Virus record (IMG/VR): IMGVR_UViG_3300048929_000433
Coordinates: 1-64,000 of that record
Strand: one strand, 5' to 3'
From: a virus
Length of the DNA: 64,000 bases
The position numbers and the translations under genes are program-made. Below are positions 40,670-49,779 of this stretch, one piece after another (the stretch's first letter is position 1; each line of letters begins with the position of its first letter). Below the pieces are notes generated by a model. The model saw only the letters and a list, made by a program, of their open reading frames with translations. It did not search any database and was not told the DNA's origin.

Positions 40670-40698
40670 CTTGACTTGTTACGGACTATGTACTAGAT
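40670..40698 (+). promoter_or_regulatory. early promoter copy 15
   Basis: CTTGAC-TTGTTACGGACTATGTA-CTAGAT. Confidence 0.65.
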
Positions 40699-40727
40699 AC
40701 AAGTCATCAACAACGAAGGGAAATGGA

Positions 40728-41159
40728 ATGAAAGAGTTTGCCAAGGGTGACCGCGTTCGCTTGATCCGCCTGGACGGCACGCTGTCAGAGGAAGGCTTCA
40801 CCCTCTATGATCTATGGGGTGACAAGGACAGCCCGCGCAACGCATCGTTCATGAGCAGCGGATCCGAGCACTATACCCACACGGACCTGATCCGCCACGC
40901 CGACGATACCTCGCCGGTCATCGTACCGGACGGCGGCGAGTGGTATATCGCTCGCGGCAATAACATGGGCTGGGGTCGCGCGCAGACCGAGAAGGCCGCC
41001 ATCGCCAGCATGCGCCGGCAAGGCAAGGTCTCCGCCTACTGCGTCCATCGCGTCAGCAAATGGACCATGGTCGACGGCATGGGCAGTCTCAGCTGGCCCA
41101 AGGGCATCGAGCCGGTCGAAGTCAAGCGCGTCGACCCTCCGAAAAAGAAGGCTGCCTAA
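40728..41159 (+). CDS. hypothetical protein (143 aa)
   Basis: Start MKEFAKGDRV at 40728, downstream of promoter copy 15. The track start lies upstream of the promoter. Confidence 0.6.
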   Translation: MKEFAKGDRVRLIRLDGTLSEEGFTLYDLWGDKDSPRNASFMSSGSEHYTHTDLIRHADDTSPVIVPDGGEWYIARGNNMGWGRAQTEKAAIASMRRQGKVSAYCVHRVSKWTMVDGMGSLSWPKGIEPVEVKRVDPPKKKAA

Positions 41160-41250
41160 AACAAAAACCCGCGCCCTGGCATTCAGCCAGAGCGCGGAGG
41201 TTTGAGGTAGTTCCCCAAAGGCAATTGATAGGAACCGAGGAGATTATAGC

Positions 41251-41550
41251 ATGAGTGACGAGAAAACGAAACGAGACGTCTGGCGTGACATCGAGACCAA
41301 GCACTTCGGTCAGTGCGTCTGGCAACAGCGCAGTCCGAACGGCCGCGGGATGTTGGAGGGCCTGACGCACAGGGCGACCGGCGCCATCATGATCGTCGAG
41401 AAGATGTACGATAAGCGGCTACCGGGAGAAAGCAGCTCCAAGCCCTGGCCCGAGTTGATAGGTCTGCAGGTTTACGCTCCGGTCGACGGCCGGAACAATA
41501 CCTGGGATGGCCTCGACGCGGCGCTGGCGGCGTTCAAGCAGGACGCCTAA
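41251..41550 (+). CDS. hypothetical protein (99 aa)
   Basis: Track ORF. Confidence 0.55.
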   Translation: MSDEKTKRDVWRDIETKHFGQCVWQQRSPNGRGMLEGLTHRATGAIMIVEKMYDKRLPGESSSKPWPELIGLQVYAPVDGRNNTWDGLDAALAAFKQDA

Positions 41551-41559
41551 CAAAAGAAT

Positions 41560-41587
41560 GCGGGCGGAGCATTCGCGCCTCCGCCCG
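41560..41587 (-). terminator. hairpin between convergent genes; the U-run is on the minus-strand side only
   Basis: CGGGCGGAG-N9-CTCCGCCCG. The minus strand continues CATTCTTTTGTT. Confidence 0.5.
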
Positions 41588-41689
41588 AAGGTGCCGCGCC
41601 CGATAACGGCATGCGGTGGAACATTGAGGGAGGCAGGGTTTGTGCGTCTTACCCCCGCCACACGCGACGCTGGCGTGCCGGTCTGCAGT

Positions 41690-41938
41690 TCAGCATTCCG
41701 CCCCCCTCGATGTTCCGCCTTTCTCGATTTTCTCTAGCGCTCGCACCGGCCATTGATCAAGCGTAGCGCGGCCATCCCACATGATCGAAACATCGTTCTT
41801 GTTTCCGCTGTGCACCACGCCTTCGCGCATGCGCCAGTCGACGGGACTGTGCCGGCGCATGTTGGAGAATCCCGTGTTGGCAGTCTTGGCCGCTTTATCC
41901 GTCAACCGGACGCGGTCTCCAGTGAGGAATGGATTCAT
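41690..41938 (-). CDS. hypothetical protein (82 aa)
   Basis: Track ORF. Confidence 0.5.
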   Translation of the reverse strand: MNPFLTGDRVRLTDKAAKTANTGFSNMRRHSPVDWRMREGVVHSGNKNDVSIMWDGRATLDQWPVRALEKIEKGGTSRGAEC

Positions 41939-41953
41939 GGCTACGTTCCATCG

Positions 41954-42181
41954 TTAGCCCCCGACTCCAACTTCTCTGAACTTGCGCTCGCCCTGCTTTC
42001 TCGGCGCCGGCCGGCCATCGTCATCGAGCACGGCCGATACGATCTGATCGCGCAAGATGACATCCATCAGCTTGTGCACCAAGCTGGAGACGGCGAGGTT
42101 ACGGATCCGCGCGCACGAAATCAGGTACTGCGCTTCCTCGGTCTCGACTTCGAGCGAGTGATGGAAAAGCATCCGTCCCAT
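41954..42181 (-). CDS. possible ribbon-helix-helix protein (75 aa)
   Basis: MLFHHSLEVETEEAQYLISCARIRNLAVSSLVHKLMDVIL has a strand-helix-helix pattern. Confidence 0.45.
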   Translation of the reverse strand: MGRMLFHHSLEVETEEAQYLISCARIRNLAVSSLVHKLMDVILRDQIVSAVLDDDGRPAPRKQGERKFREVGVGG

Positions 42182-42368
42182 CGTCAGATCCTCTTATCGT
42201 TAAAACGAATTTTAACGCTCGCTCACAATTAAGGCGCGTTGTCATCATTTCGTTTTATGCGTGGCGGTTTTTGTCGGACGTTGTGGCTTTTTTGCTATAG
42301 CGCTGCGGCGGCGACCCGATAGAGTCCAATCCGCAATTTCACTTCATCAGCACCTGGGGAGCTTCGCG

Positions 42369-43154
42369 ATGCGCAAGCATGTTGCGTTGACGGCATTCGT
42401 TTGTCTTTTTGCAGCGCCGGCACTGGCGCAGAATACCACCGCCACCGGTACCGGAACCGCCGTGTCGGGATCTCAAAGTGCGTCCGGCTCGGTCGCCGTC
42501 GCCAAAGGCGGCAACAATCTCACCATCAACAACCCAGCCAACACGACGCAAGAGATCCGCAGCAGCGGCTCGACGTCGGTCAAGACCGTACCCACCGCCA
42601 TTAGCCCGTCACTGGCTGCAGCAGGCCTCGAAACGTGCCTGGGATCCGCCAGCGGCGGTGTCAGCGCTATGGGCTTCGGTGTCAGCGGCGGCTCCACAAT
42701 GACCGATGAAGGCTGCCAGGCCAGGCTGGATTCGCGAACGCTATGGGCGATGGGCCTCAAGGGCGCCGCGGTCGCCCGGCTCTGCAAGCGGATCGACATT
42801 TACAATTCGATGCCAGACATCTGCGAGCGCTACCGGCCAGTTCCCGCGCCGGTCGGCGTGATCCTGGACGCCCGCGGTACCTCGACCGGCGCCATCGAGG
42901 TGGTCGACGGCCGGACCGGCGCGACCCGCCTCTGCGACAACTATGACGCTGCCCGCCAGAAGTGCTGGCAGTGGACCGGCGAGCCGCCGATCGCGCCTCG
43001 AAAGAGGGTTGCTGCGGTCACGCCACAGAAGCGGCTGACGGCCTCCCAAGCCATCGAGGCGGCAATCACGCCCCCGAAATCAGTAGCCCCCAAGGCTGCT
43101 GTTAAGCCGGCAGCAGAACCCGCTGTCGAACCATCCACCACCAAGGAGAATTGA
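42369..43154 (+). CDS. secreted protein (261 aa) with signal peptide, Cys-containing core and Ala/Pro/Lys-rich tail
   Basis: Start MRKHVALTAFVCLFAAPALAQ (42369). Track ORF trimmed to the signal peptide. Confidence 0.65.
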   Translation: MRKHVALTAFVCLFAAPALAQNTTATGTGTAVSGSQSASGSVAVAKGGNNLTINNPANTTQEIRSSGSTSVKTVPTAISPSLAAAGLETCLGSASGGVSAMGFGVSGGSTMTDEGCQARLDSRTLWAMGLKGAAVARLCKRIDIYNSMPDICERYRPVPAPVGVILDARGTSTGAIEVVDGRTGATRLCDNYDAARQKCWQWTGEPPIAPRKRVAAVTPQKRLTASQAIEAAITPPKSVAPKAAVKPAAEPAVEPSTTKEN

Positions 43155-43155
43155 A

Positions 43156-43506
43156 ATGCGGAAACTTTTGTTTGTCTCGGTTGCCCTGTTGATCGCTTCG
43201 CCGGCAATGGCTGCTGGCTTTAGCTTCGGCGGCGGCTTCAACTTCGGCAGCGTCCGGACCGGCGCAGCGACGGCCTCGACCGGCAGCGCCGCGGCAGGCT
43301 CGCTCGCGACCGGAACCAACACCTCGATCGGCGCCGGCATTGCCACCACCACGCCGGCTGGCTCGCTGACCTCGGGTGTCGGCGCTTCTGCCGGTCAGTC
43401 GAACTCGGTCTCCGGTGCGGCCTCGATCGGCAACGGTGCGGCGATCACGGGCGGCTTCTCCAATAACATCGGCGCGGGTGCCGGCGTTGGTCTCGCCCTG
43501 CCCTGA
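43156..43506 (+). CDS. secreted Gly/Ser/Ala/Thr-rich low-complexity protein (116 aa)
   Basis: MRKLLFVSVALLIASPAMAAGFSFGGGFNFG... has a signal peptide. Starts 1 nt after the upstream stop. Confidence 0.6.
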   Translation: MRKLLFVSVALLIASPAMAAGFSFGGGFNFGSVRTGAATASTGSAAAGSLATGTNTSIGAGIATTTPAGSLTSGVGASAGQSNSVSGAASIGNGAAITGGFSNNIGAGAGVGLALP

Positions 43507-43584
43507 TCGACCTCGGTGTAATCCTGTCGATCGCCACCGTGGTCTGCATGCTGGCCGTGATGATGATTGATAGATTGAAGTAAG

Positions 43585-43615
43585 GGCCCGGCTGATCACC
43601 GGGCTCGTTACTTTT
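43585..43615 (+). terminator. intrinsic terminator after the secreted-protein pair
   Basis: GCCCGG-CTGATCA-CCGGGC then TCGTTACTTTT. Confidence 0.55.
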
Positions 43616-43703
43616 CTAGCAGCCTCTGCAGATTGATGGGGCTGGCGGGATCGGCGGCAATGGATGATCTTGCATCACCCGCGACCGTCCGCGCGGTGGC
43701 CCC

Positions 43704-43889
43704 TCAGCGTATAGGGGAGCCGTACACCGAGATGCCCAGGATCCCGATCAGAATAAACATGATCAGCCAGGATCCGAACGGCGCCCAGGGATAACCGGCA
43801 GCGCTGGCCGGCCGCCACGGATTTTGGGCGAAGATGCCGAAAATGCCGACCAGCACATAGATCAGCCAGAACCAGATATTCGCACCCAT
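43704..43889 (-). CDS. small 2-TM membrane protein (61 aa), holin-like by context
   Basis: Start MGANIWFWLIYVLVGIFGIF... at 43889, with GGGAGGAG upstream. Lies downstream of the endolysin. Confidence 0.5.
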   Translation of the reverse strand: MGANIWFWLIYVLVGIFGIFAQNPWRPASAAGYPWAPFGSWLIMFILIGILGISVYGSPIR

Positions 43890-44125
43890 GATGGTCTCCT
43901 CCCTATGGTGCCGGCACGTAGACCGGCGGATATGGCGGCAGCGGAATCGCAGCCGCGTTGGTGCAGACCGGACGGCAGATGACAACGATCATGTCGGTAA
44001 TCCCCATTTCAAGAGGGTTCGGAATTGCGGTGAGTTGAACAAGATGAGCAACAGCAAGCCGCCAAGCGCCACACCGATGAGTGCCGGCACGCCGAGCCGG
44101 CGGATGCATTCACGCCGAAGTTCGT

Positions 44126-45088
44126 TCAGGTCGCTTCGTAGGGGAAGATCACCTCGACCTGGTCATCCGTCTCCAGGCCAAGATCTTCCATCAGTCCAGG
44201 TGAAATGTCGGCGATACGATCAGTGTCGCCGTGCGGTCCCCAATCGGCCGGGAACGCCTCAAGCGCGAATCCGGTTTTGACGTTGCGCACTAGCGCCATC
44301 TTCCGAAGCATCGTTTCCTTCGGATGCACCTCGTAATCCCAGCGACACGCGATGTAATGAATGAAAGGATTGAGTCGCCGAGCCAGCCCGGTTGTTCCTT
44401 CGGGTTGATATGGTAGGAATAGATGCGGCGCTTGATCGATCTCATAGATGAACGCCAGTCCCTCAGTCGGTGAAACACCCGTATCCTCCGGCCCGCCAAA
44501 CCAGCTGACCTTGCCGACCAGGCTTTCTTCCGACGGCTCTGGCTCCGGCAGCTCGCCCTCGGCGGTGTCGCCGGCAATGACGTCGCAAATGGCCAGGCAG
44601 ATCTCATCGAAGTTGTCGCGATACGTAAGGCAATCGCATTCGGAGTCGACGAAACAGACCTCTAGAAGGATAGCCGGCATGTCGCAGCAGTTGAGGAAAT
44701 GCAGATCGGTGCGCTTTTTCGGACCGCGATTCAGCAGACAGCCGGCCTCCGAAATCGCCAACGACATCTCGCCGGCCAACGCGCCCTGGGTGACATAGAG
44801 CACTTCGACGCCCATGCATTTTTCGACCTGTTCGTAGGCGTTAAAATGCACGCTGATGTCGAGATCGCGGATGTGATCGTTGTGAAAATCCGTGATGCGA
44901 TTCAGGTTTTCCGACTGCGTATAGGAGACGTCGTCATGGAATGTTTTGCAGTCGATGCCGCGCATCCGTAGATCTTTGGCGACACGCTCGGTAACGAAGC
45001 GCGCCTCCTCGACCTCATCGATAATGCCGGCGGCGCCACGGACATACTTGCCGTGGCCGCTCGATATGATCACTGAGTTGCAGCTCAT
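44126..45088 (-). CDS. endolysin: N-acetylmuramoyl-L-alanine amidase (Amidase_3-like) fused to a C-terminal RlpA/DPBB-like domain
   Basis: N-terminus SSGHGKYVRGAAGIIDEVEEARFV...DISVHFNA. C-terminus GKVSWFGGPEDTGVSPTEGLA. Confidence 0.85.
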   Translation of the reverse strand: MSCNSVIISSGHGKYVRGAAGIIDEVEEARFVTERVAKDLRMRGIDCKTFHDDVSYTQSENLNRITDFHNDHIRDLDISVHFNAYEQVEKCMGVEVLYVTQGALAGEMSLAISEAGCLLNRGPKKRTDLHFLNCCDMPAILLEVCFVDSECDCLTYRDNFDEICLAICDVIAGDTAEGELPEPEPSEESLVGKVSWFGGPEDTGVSPTEGLAFIYEIDQAPHLFLPYQPEGTTGLARRLNPFIHYIACRWDYEVHPKETMLRKMALVRNVKTGFALEAFPADWGPHGDTDRIADISPGLMEDLGLETDDQVEVIFPYEAT

Positions 45089-45405
45089 GGCTTACACTCC
45101 GGTGGATCCCACGCCATCACAACGGCGCGAGAGTGGACGTAGGCAGCGGTAGCAACTTGCAGGCCGTTTGCCGCCCGCTGAGTGGTATCGGCGTGATCGC
45201 GCAGAAAAACATCAAAGATGGTCTTGACGTGTTCCTTGAGCGCGATCTCAAAACCGTCGATCATCACCGTCTTGATCCTGTCCCTGGTCGCGATGTCGAC
45301 GCACGGGCGCGAGACAGGCATCGGCTTTGTATTCGCCGCATACGCCATGGCCACGATGGCAAGAAACAAAACAACGCTCGCCGCGCCCTTGGCAGCGTCA
45401 CTCAC
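45085..45405 (-). CDS. N-terminally membrane-anchored protein (106 aa), lysis-cassette component (holin or i-spanin-like)
   Basis: AASVVLFLAIVAMAYA TM segment; ATGA overlap with the endolysin. Confidence 0.5.
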   Translation of the reverse strand: MSDAAKGAASVVLFLAIVAMAYAANTKPMPVSRPCVDIATRDRIKTVMIDGFEIALKEHVKTIFDVFLRDHADTTQRAANGLQVATAAYVHSRAVVMAWDPPECKP

Positions 45406-45624
45406 CTAGTGATCCGGGACCGGATCGACGGTTTCGGCGCCGCCACCGTTCCATGCCGGATCGCTCATCGCCATGTTCGGAAAGTAGGCTCGCCCGCCGC
45501 CATCCATCTCGTAAAGCTGGACGTATTGCGCTTCGGTGCCGTACTTGGCTGCCGCCAACAAGGCGGCACGCGGATGATCTCCGAACTCCGCCAACAATTC
45601 AGCGTAAGTTTTTGGAAGTGCCAT
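45406..45624 (-). CDS. hypothetical protein (72 aa)
   Basis: Track ORF. Confidence 0.5.
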   Translation of the reverse strand: MALPKTYAELLAEFGDHPRAALLAAAKYGTEAQYVQLYEMDGGGRAYFPNMAMSDPAWNGGGAETVDPVPDH

Positions 45625-45634
45625 GGCTTTTCTC

Positions 45635-47017
45635 CTATGGCTGGAACACGCCGCCAGAACCGATGGTGCCGGCAGTCGCGCCAGGGATGACCTTGCCGCC
45701 CGCGTAGACGAATGAGTTCACGGTCGCATTGTATTCGGACCCGACGCAGCCCGAGTCGACCACGGTGCACAGCGGCACGCCGGAGATCACATCGTTGGTG
45801 ACACCGACGCCGGCTAGCGCGTAAGCCCAATAAGCTGCGACGACGAAGTTGCACTGGATCCAGGTGATCGTCAGATTGTTTGGCGTCACTGCGCCGCTGC
45901 AGCCGGTGAAGCTGCCGGTACCTTGCGAGCCCATGCCGTGCGCGATGGTGTGGCCCTTGCCGTCGATCACCACCGAACCTTCGTTGACTTGCAGCTTGCC
46001 GCCCCCGCTCTCCAGGAAACCAGAAGCAATGGCGTGGCCGTTGATCAGCTGCTCCATGCGCCCGTTATTGAAGCTGACATAGGCGTTTTGATAGGCAAAA
46101 ATACCGAACGGCCCGGTGGCGGTCAGGGTCGCCAACGCATCGAGGATGCAATTGACGCCGTCAATCCGCATCGTCGCACCCTCGACGAAGATGCAACAGC
46201 CGCCGCTTGTGGTGCAATGAATGCGATACCCGGCCGGCGCCACCTTGTCGCCGATCAGATTGATGACGCCAGGGAATTTTCCTATGTTGCATCCCTCGTA
46301 GTCACCAGGAATGCCGAGACGGATATTTAGCACCATGTCCGGCGACCGGGTGTAGCGGCTGATCGCGGTCTGGAACGCAAAGTTGATGGTGCGAAATGCC
46401 TTGGTCGGCGAATTGGCACTGCCGTCGCCGGTCAGATCACTGCCGTCGCTACGAACCCAATAGTCCAGCGTGCCCCTGTATTCGATCGGAGTCTGTGAAC
46501 GGACAAAATACGGGACCACCCATTTGCCGGCGTAATAGATCAGGATCATCGGCACGCCGGCCGGGAAGTCAGCTTCCCTCAATTCGTTGAAGTCATTACG
46601 CACCACATCCCTGAGACCGAGCCCGTTGACGTCAAGATTGACCGGCCCGGCGTTGACGACGTTTGGCGTCACCTTGATTTGCAGGAAATCATGATAGCGA
46701 GTCACAGGCGGCGTGAATGCCACCGTGTAGTTGAGCGGCCCCGCTGCGGTCAGGGCGCCGGACATCAAGCCGCGCTGTGCGATGTAGTTGATTGCGAGCT
46801 GGAGCTGATCGAGCTTGGCGCAATCGTAACTGACCTCGCCGGCATTGATGGTGTTGATCAGCTCGGCCAGCTCGGCGTTCGCCGCGGCCGGATCAAACCG
46901 TGGCTGACAGCGCGACGTCGAGTACCACAGCTCGTCGCAATTGACGGTATCGGGATCGAGGATGCTGTTCTTTGCATCCTGCGGAGGAACGCCGCTACCA
47001 GGAAACATGCCGGTCAT
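45635..47017 (-). CDS. tail fibre / tailspike-like protein (460 aa)
   Basis: Position distal to the baseplate genes. Gly/Asn/Val-rich repetitive C-terminal half suggests a beta-helix. Confidence 0.65.
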   Translation of the reverse strand: MTGMFPGSGVPPQDAKNSILDPDTVNCDELWYSTSRCQPRFDPAAANAELAELINTINAGEVSYDCAKLDQLQLAINYIAQRGLMSGALTAAGPLNYTVAFTPPVTRYHDFLQIKVTPNVVNAGPVNLDVNGLGLRDVVRNDFNELREADFPAGVPMILIYYAGKWVVPYFVRSQTPIEYRGTLDYWVRSDGSDLTGDGSANSPTKAFRTINFAFQTAISRYTRSPDMVLNIRLGIPGDYEGCNIGKFPGVINLIGDKVAPAGYRIHCTTSGGCCIFVEGATMRIDGVNCILDALATLTATGPFGIFAYQNAYVSFNNGRMEQLINGHAIASGFLESGGGKLQVNEGSVVIDGKGHTIAHGMGSQGTGSFTGCSGAVTPNNLTITWIQCNFVVAAYWAYALAGVGVTNDVISGVPLCTVVDSGCVGSEYNATVNSFVYAGGKVIPGATAGTIGSGGVFQP

Positions 47018-47028
47018 GATTCAACTCC

Positions 47029-47478
47029 TTACAGAAGGGCAGCGTCGTGAAAGAACTGATCCATCGTCGCGTCATTGAGCGCGAAAATGGTCTTGCTGTG
47101 CGTGATCGCCTGGTTATCCCGCTTGAACGTGTCGGCCAGAAAGAACATGCGAGTGAGCCAGCGCTGCGGTGCCGGCAGCGTGTTGTTGATGAACTGGCGA
47201 ATCTGCACCGGGATGTCCGGCGTATCGCCGCCCATCGCGGCGACGGCTTCGTTCTCAGTGATGTGACCGTCGAGCGCGAGCTGCGTCCAGAATTGCCGCT
47301 TGTCGATCGTCGCCGAGACTATCGATTCGACATACGGATCAGGAACATTCGATGCCGCCAGCCATGCCTGATAAGCTTCGTTTACTCGGCTATCCTCGTC
47401 ATCACGGAACGTGGTGACGGTGCCATCGTGAAACCACTTCACGATATGATCAAACGGCGTCAGCGCGTATTCGGCCAT
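47029..47478 (-). CDS. hypothetical protein (149 aa), possible fibre assembly or adaptor protein
   Basis: Located between two fibre genes. Confidence 0.5.
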   Translation of the reverse strand: MAEYALTPFDHIVKWFHDGTVTTFRDDEDSRVNEAYQAWLAASNVPDPYVESIVSATIDKRQFWTQLALDGHITENEAVAAMGGDTPDIPVQIRQFINNTLPAPQRWLTRMFFLADTFKRDNQAITHSKTIFALNDATMDQFFHDAALL

Positions 47479-47479
47479 C

Positions 47480-49270
47480 TTACAACCTCGCGCTCAAGCT
47501 CTCGACAAAATTGACCGCGACGAACACACCGGGCGTAGCGACTTCGCACGAAACAACAATCGTTGACTGGTTGTACGAACCGACAGTGACGAAATTGGCA
47601 TGATCGCTCGGTCCGCGAATGTTGGACATGGTGCCAACGGCGGTACGGGTTATCACCGGACCCACTCGCATTGCTGGAATCCCATGCGGTGCCGTCATAC
47701 GAGGGGCGCCATAGCCTTCCATGCTCCAGACCAGCTGGCGATAGTAACGTTGCACCAGCGCCGTTTCCTCTCGCGCCGTTCGCATCACGCCAGAACTTTG
47801 CGCGGCGGTCGGTGCGGTGGAGCCGGGAAGAATCAATAGCCCTTGAAGCTGCACGGCGTTGTTGATCGCACCGAAAAAGTTCGTGACCCCGGTGCCAATG
47901 AAGTTCGCGCTGGCGTTCCATGCTCCCGGTGCCACTCGACCAGCGCTGCCCGCTCCGAAACAGAAAAGCAGGCTTGCGCCAAGGTTGGTGTTGCTCTCCC
48001 ATACGCCATCAGGACAACCGGGGATGGTGACGGTCTTGTATTCCCAGATACCGCCACCCGTGACCGCAACCTCGGCGACATAGGTACGGTTGGTAGCGGC
48101 ATTGCGCATCGCGACCGACATGACGCCCGCAGCGTTGGAGTAAATCCAGAACGCGATGGTCACCGGCTTGGCATTGACGCCACCGCCCCACATCACCCGC
48201 TGAAATCGATTGCCTTCAATCGCATGCGTCAGTGCCAGAACGTCAGCAGCAGTGGCGAAAGTGTAGGCCGCAGTTGCGGTCATTCTCAGTGTGTGATTGA
48301 ACCCCGGATTGATGCTGCCACCGACAATCTGCTGGCAGCTCAAGGCGCCAGGGTTGGCAGAGTTCGCAACCAGAAACAGATCGTTGACGTACTTATTGGT
48401 GACCGGAGGCACAGCGACAGCGGTTACGCCATTCTCAAGCGAGACGCTGAAATCGCCGTTCACTTGCATACCGCTATAGGCCAACACATCGAACGGTACC
48501 GCGCCGGCACCAGCGGCATCGACATATTGCTTGGTCGCGATATCGAGCGCATCGATCGGGTTGCCGGCGACTTCCAACCGGTTGGTTGTGCGCTTGCCGC
48601 GCAAGATCGGTGCGGCGAGCGCCGCTCCGGCATCGTCATAGCCGGTCAAAGTATAATCGCTGCCGGCGTTGGCTCCGGCTTCGGCAGTTGTGTTGCCGAA
48701 CCGCGCCACCCAGCGCCGCACACCGGCCAACAAACCTTCGATCTCGGCCGAACCACCAGCGACCGTGGTCCGATTGAGCGTGACCTTCGGCGCCTCCTTT
48801 GCAATCGCCAGGTCACCGGTCATCGTGTCGCCGGTGACGTTGACAAAGAACGCCTGCGCTGCCGCGGCGAAGTCATCGACGTATTTCTTGGTCGCGGCGT
48901 GAAGGTCAGCGATCGGCGCGCCCGACAGCGTCAGCAACCCTGTCATCACATCGCCGCTGATGTTCACAAACGGATCGCCGCTGCCCATGTGCGCCAGCAG
49001 CTTCTTGCCGCTCGGATCAATCGCAAGCGGCACGCCAACCCACAGGCGACACGGGTCGCCCATCTCGACCGCCAGCTCGCCTTCTTTCAACGATCCATCA
49101 GGTGGCGGATGATTGTTGGTCGGCGTGCGCTTGACCTGGACAATCGAACCGGCCGGCGGGGTTTGCGTCTTGCCAGAAACCCAAGCCTCTCCGGTCCAGG
49201 TATAGGTCGCGCCGTTCTGCGTGAACTCGTCGCCGACCGCCGGGTTGGCAGGAAAATCAAGAACGGCCAT
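47480..49270 (-). CDS. tail fibre protein (596 aa)
   Basis: N-terminus LDFPANPAVGDEFTQNGATYTWTGEAWVS is typical of phage fibre N-termini, followed by a repetitive shaft. Confidence 0.72.
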   Translation of the reverse strand: MAVLDFPANPAVGDEFTQNGATYTWTGEAWVSGKTQTPPAGSIVQVKRTPTNNHPPPDGSLKEGELAVEMGDPCRLWVGVPLAIDPSGKKLLAHMGSGDPFVNISGDVMTGLLTLSGAPIADLHAATKKYVDDFAAAAQAFFVNVTGDTMTGDLAIAKEAPKVTLNRTTVAGGSAEIEGLLAGVRRWVARFGNTTAEAGANAGSDYTLTGYDDAGAALAAPILRGKRTTNRLEVAGNPIDALDIATKQYVDAAGAGAVPFDVLAYSGMQVNGDFSVSLENGVTAVAVPPVTNKYVNDLFLVANSANPGALSCQQIVGGSINPGFNHTLRMTATAAYTFATAADVLALTHAIEGNRFQRVMWGGGVNAKPVTIAFWIYSNAAGVMSVAMRNAATNRTYVAEVAVTGGGIWEYKTVTIPGCPDGVWESNTNLGASLLFCFGAGSAGRVAPGAWNASANFIGTGVTNFFGAINNAVQLQGLLILPGSTAPTAAQSSGVMRTAREETALVQRYYRQLVWSMEGYGAPRMTAPHGIPAMRVGPVITRTAVGTMSNIRGPSDHANFVTVGSYNQSTIVVSCEVATPGVFVAVNFVESLSARL

Positions 49271-49779
49271 CAGAATACTCCGCCGTCAATCGCACCGACC
49301 TTCAACGGATCGCCGGGGATGCCCATGCCAACGATCGTGGCGTGATCGACCGTGACGCCGCCGATCTGGACGAACTGCTGCGTGTTGCCGTCGTCGTACC
49401 AATAGAACAGCAGACCGGTGGACGACTGATACCAAAGCGGACTTGCCGGCGGCGTCGGTGGCGCCCCTTCGCCGACATAGGCGCCGACATGGGTGGCAAC
49501 CCAGGCCGTGAACGCCTTGCAGAGATTGTCCATCGCGGCACAATCCCAGGGACCATCCGGATCCAGGCAGACCGCGAATGAAAGCAGTTCGCTGACGATG
49601 GCGTTGATCTGCCCCGCGGTGATCCGCGCCGTGCAGTCGGCCGGCAGCGCCATCGGCTGACAAGTCATCACAAAGCCGGGCGGCGGGACGTAAGCGTTCG
49701 GCACGTTCGACGGATTGGTCGGGTTGCCGAGTTCATCACGGATGATGACCCCGCCTGCGGAATCGAGTGGGAAAATCAT
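49270..49779 (-). CDS. baseplate/fibre-associated protein (169 aa)
   Basis: Start MIFPLDSAG at 49779 (ATGA overlap). Contains the LWYQSSTGLLFYWYDDGNTQQFVQ fibre-type motif. Confidence 0.55.
   Translation of the reverse strand: MIFPLDSAGGVIIRDELGNPTNPSNVPNAYVPPPGFVMTCQPMALPADCTARITAGQINAIVSELLSFAVCLDPDGPWDCAAMDNLCKAFTAWVATHVGAYVGEGAPPTPPASPLWYQSSTGLLFYWYDDGNTQQFVQIGGVTVDHATIVGMGIPGDPLKVGAIDGGVF

Noticed and set aside
47843-49345. 500-aa plus-strand ORF (similar cases: 12113..12979, 13007..13858, 59814..60566, 60600..61460, 16141..16797)
   Set aside because: These are Arg/Gly/Asp-rich shadow ORFs antisense to well-supported genes in GC-rich DNA. They lack RBSs and make no sense in the gene context.
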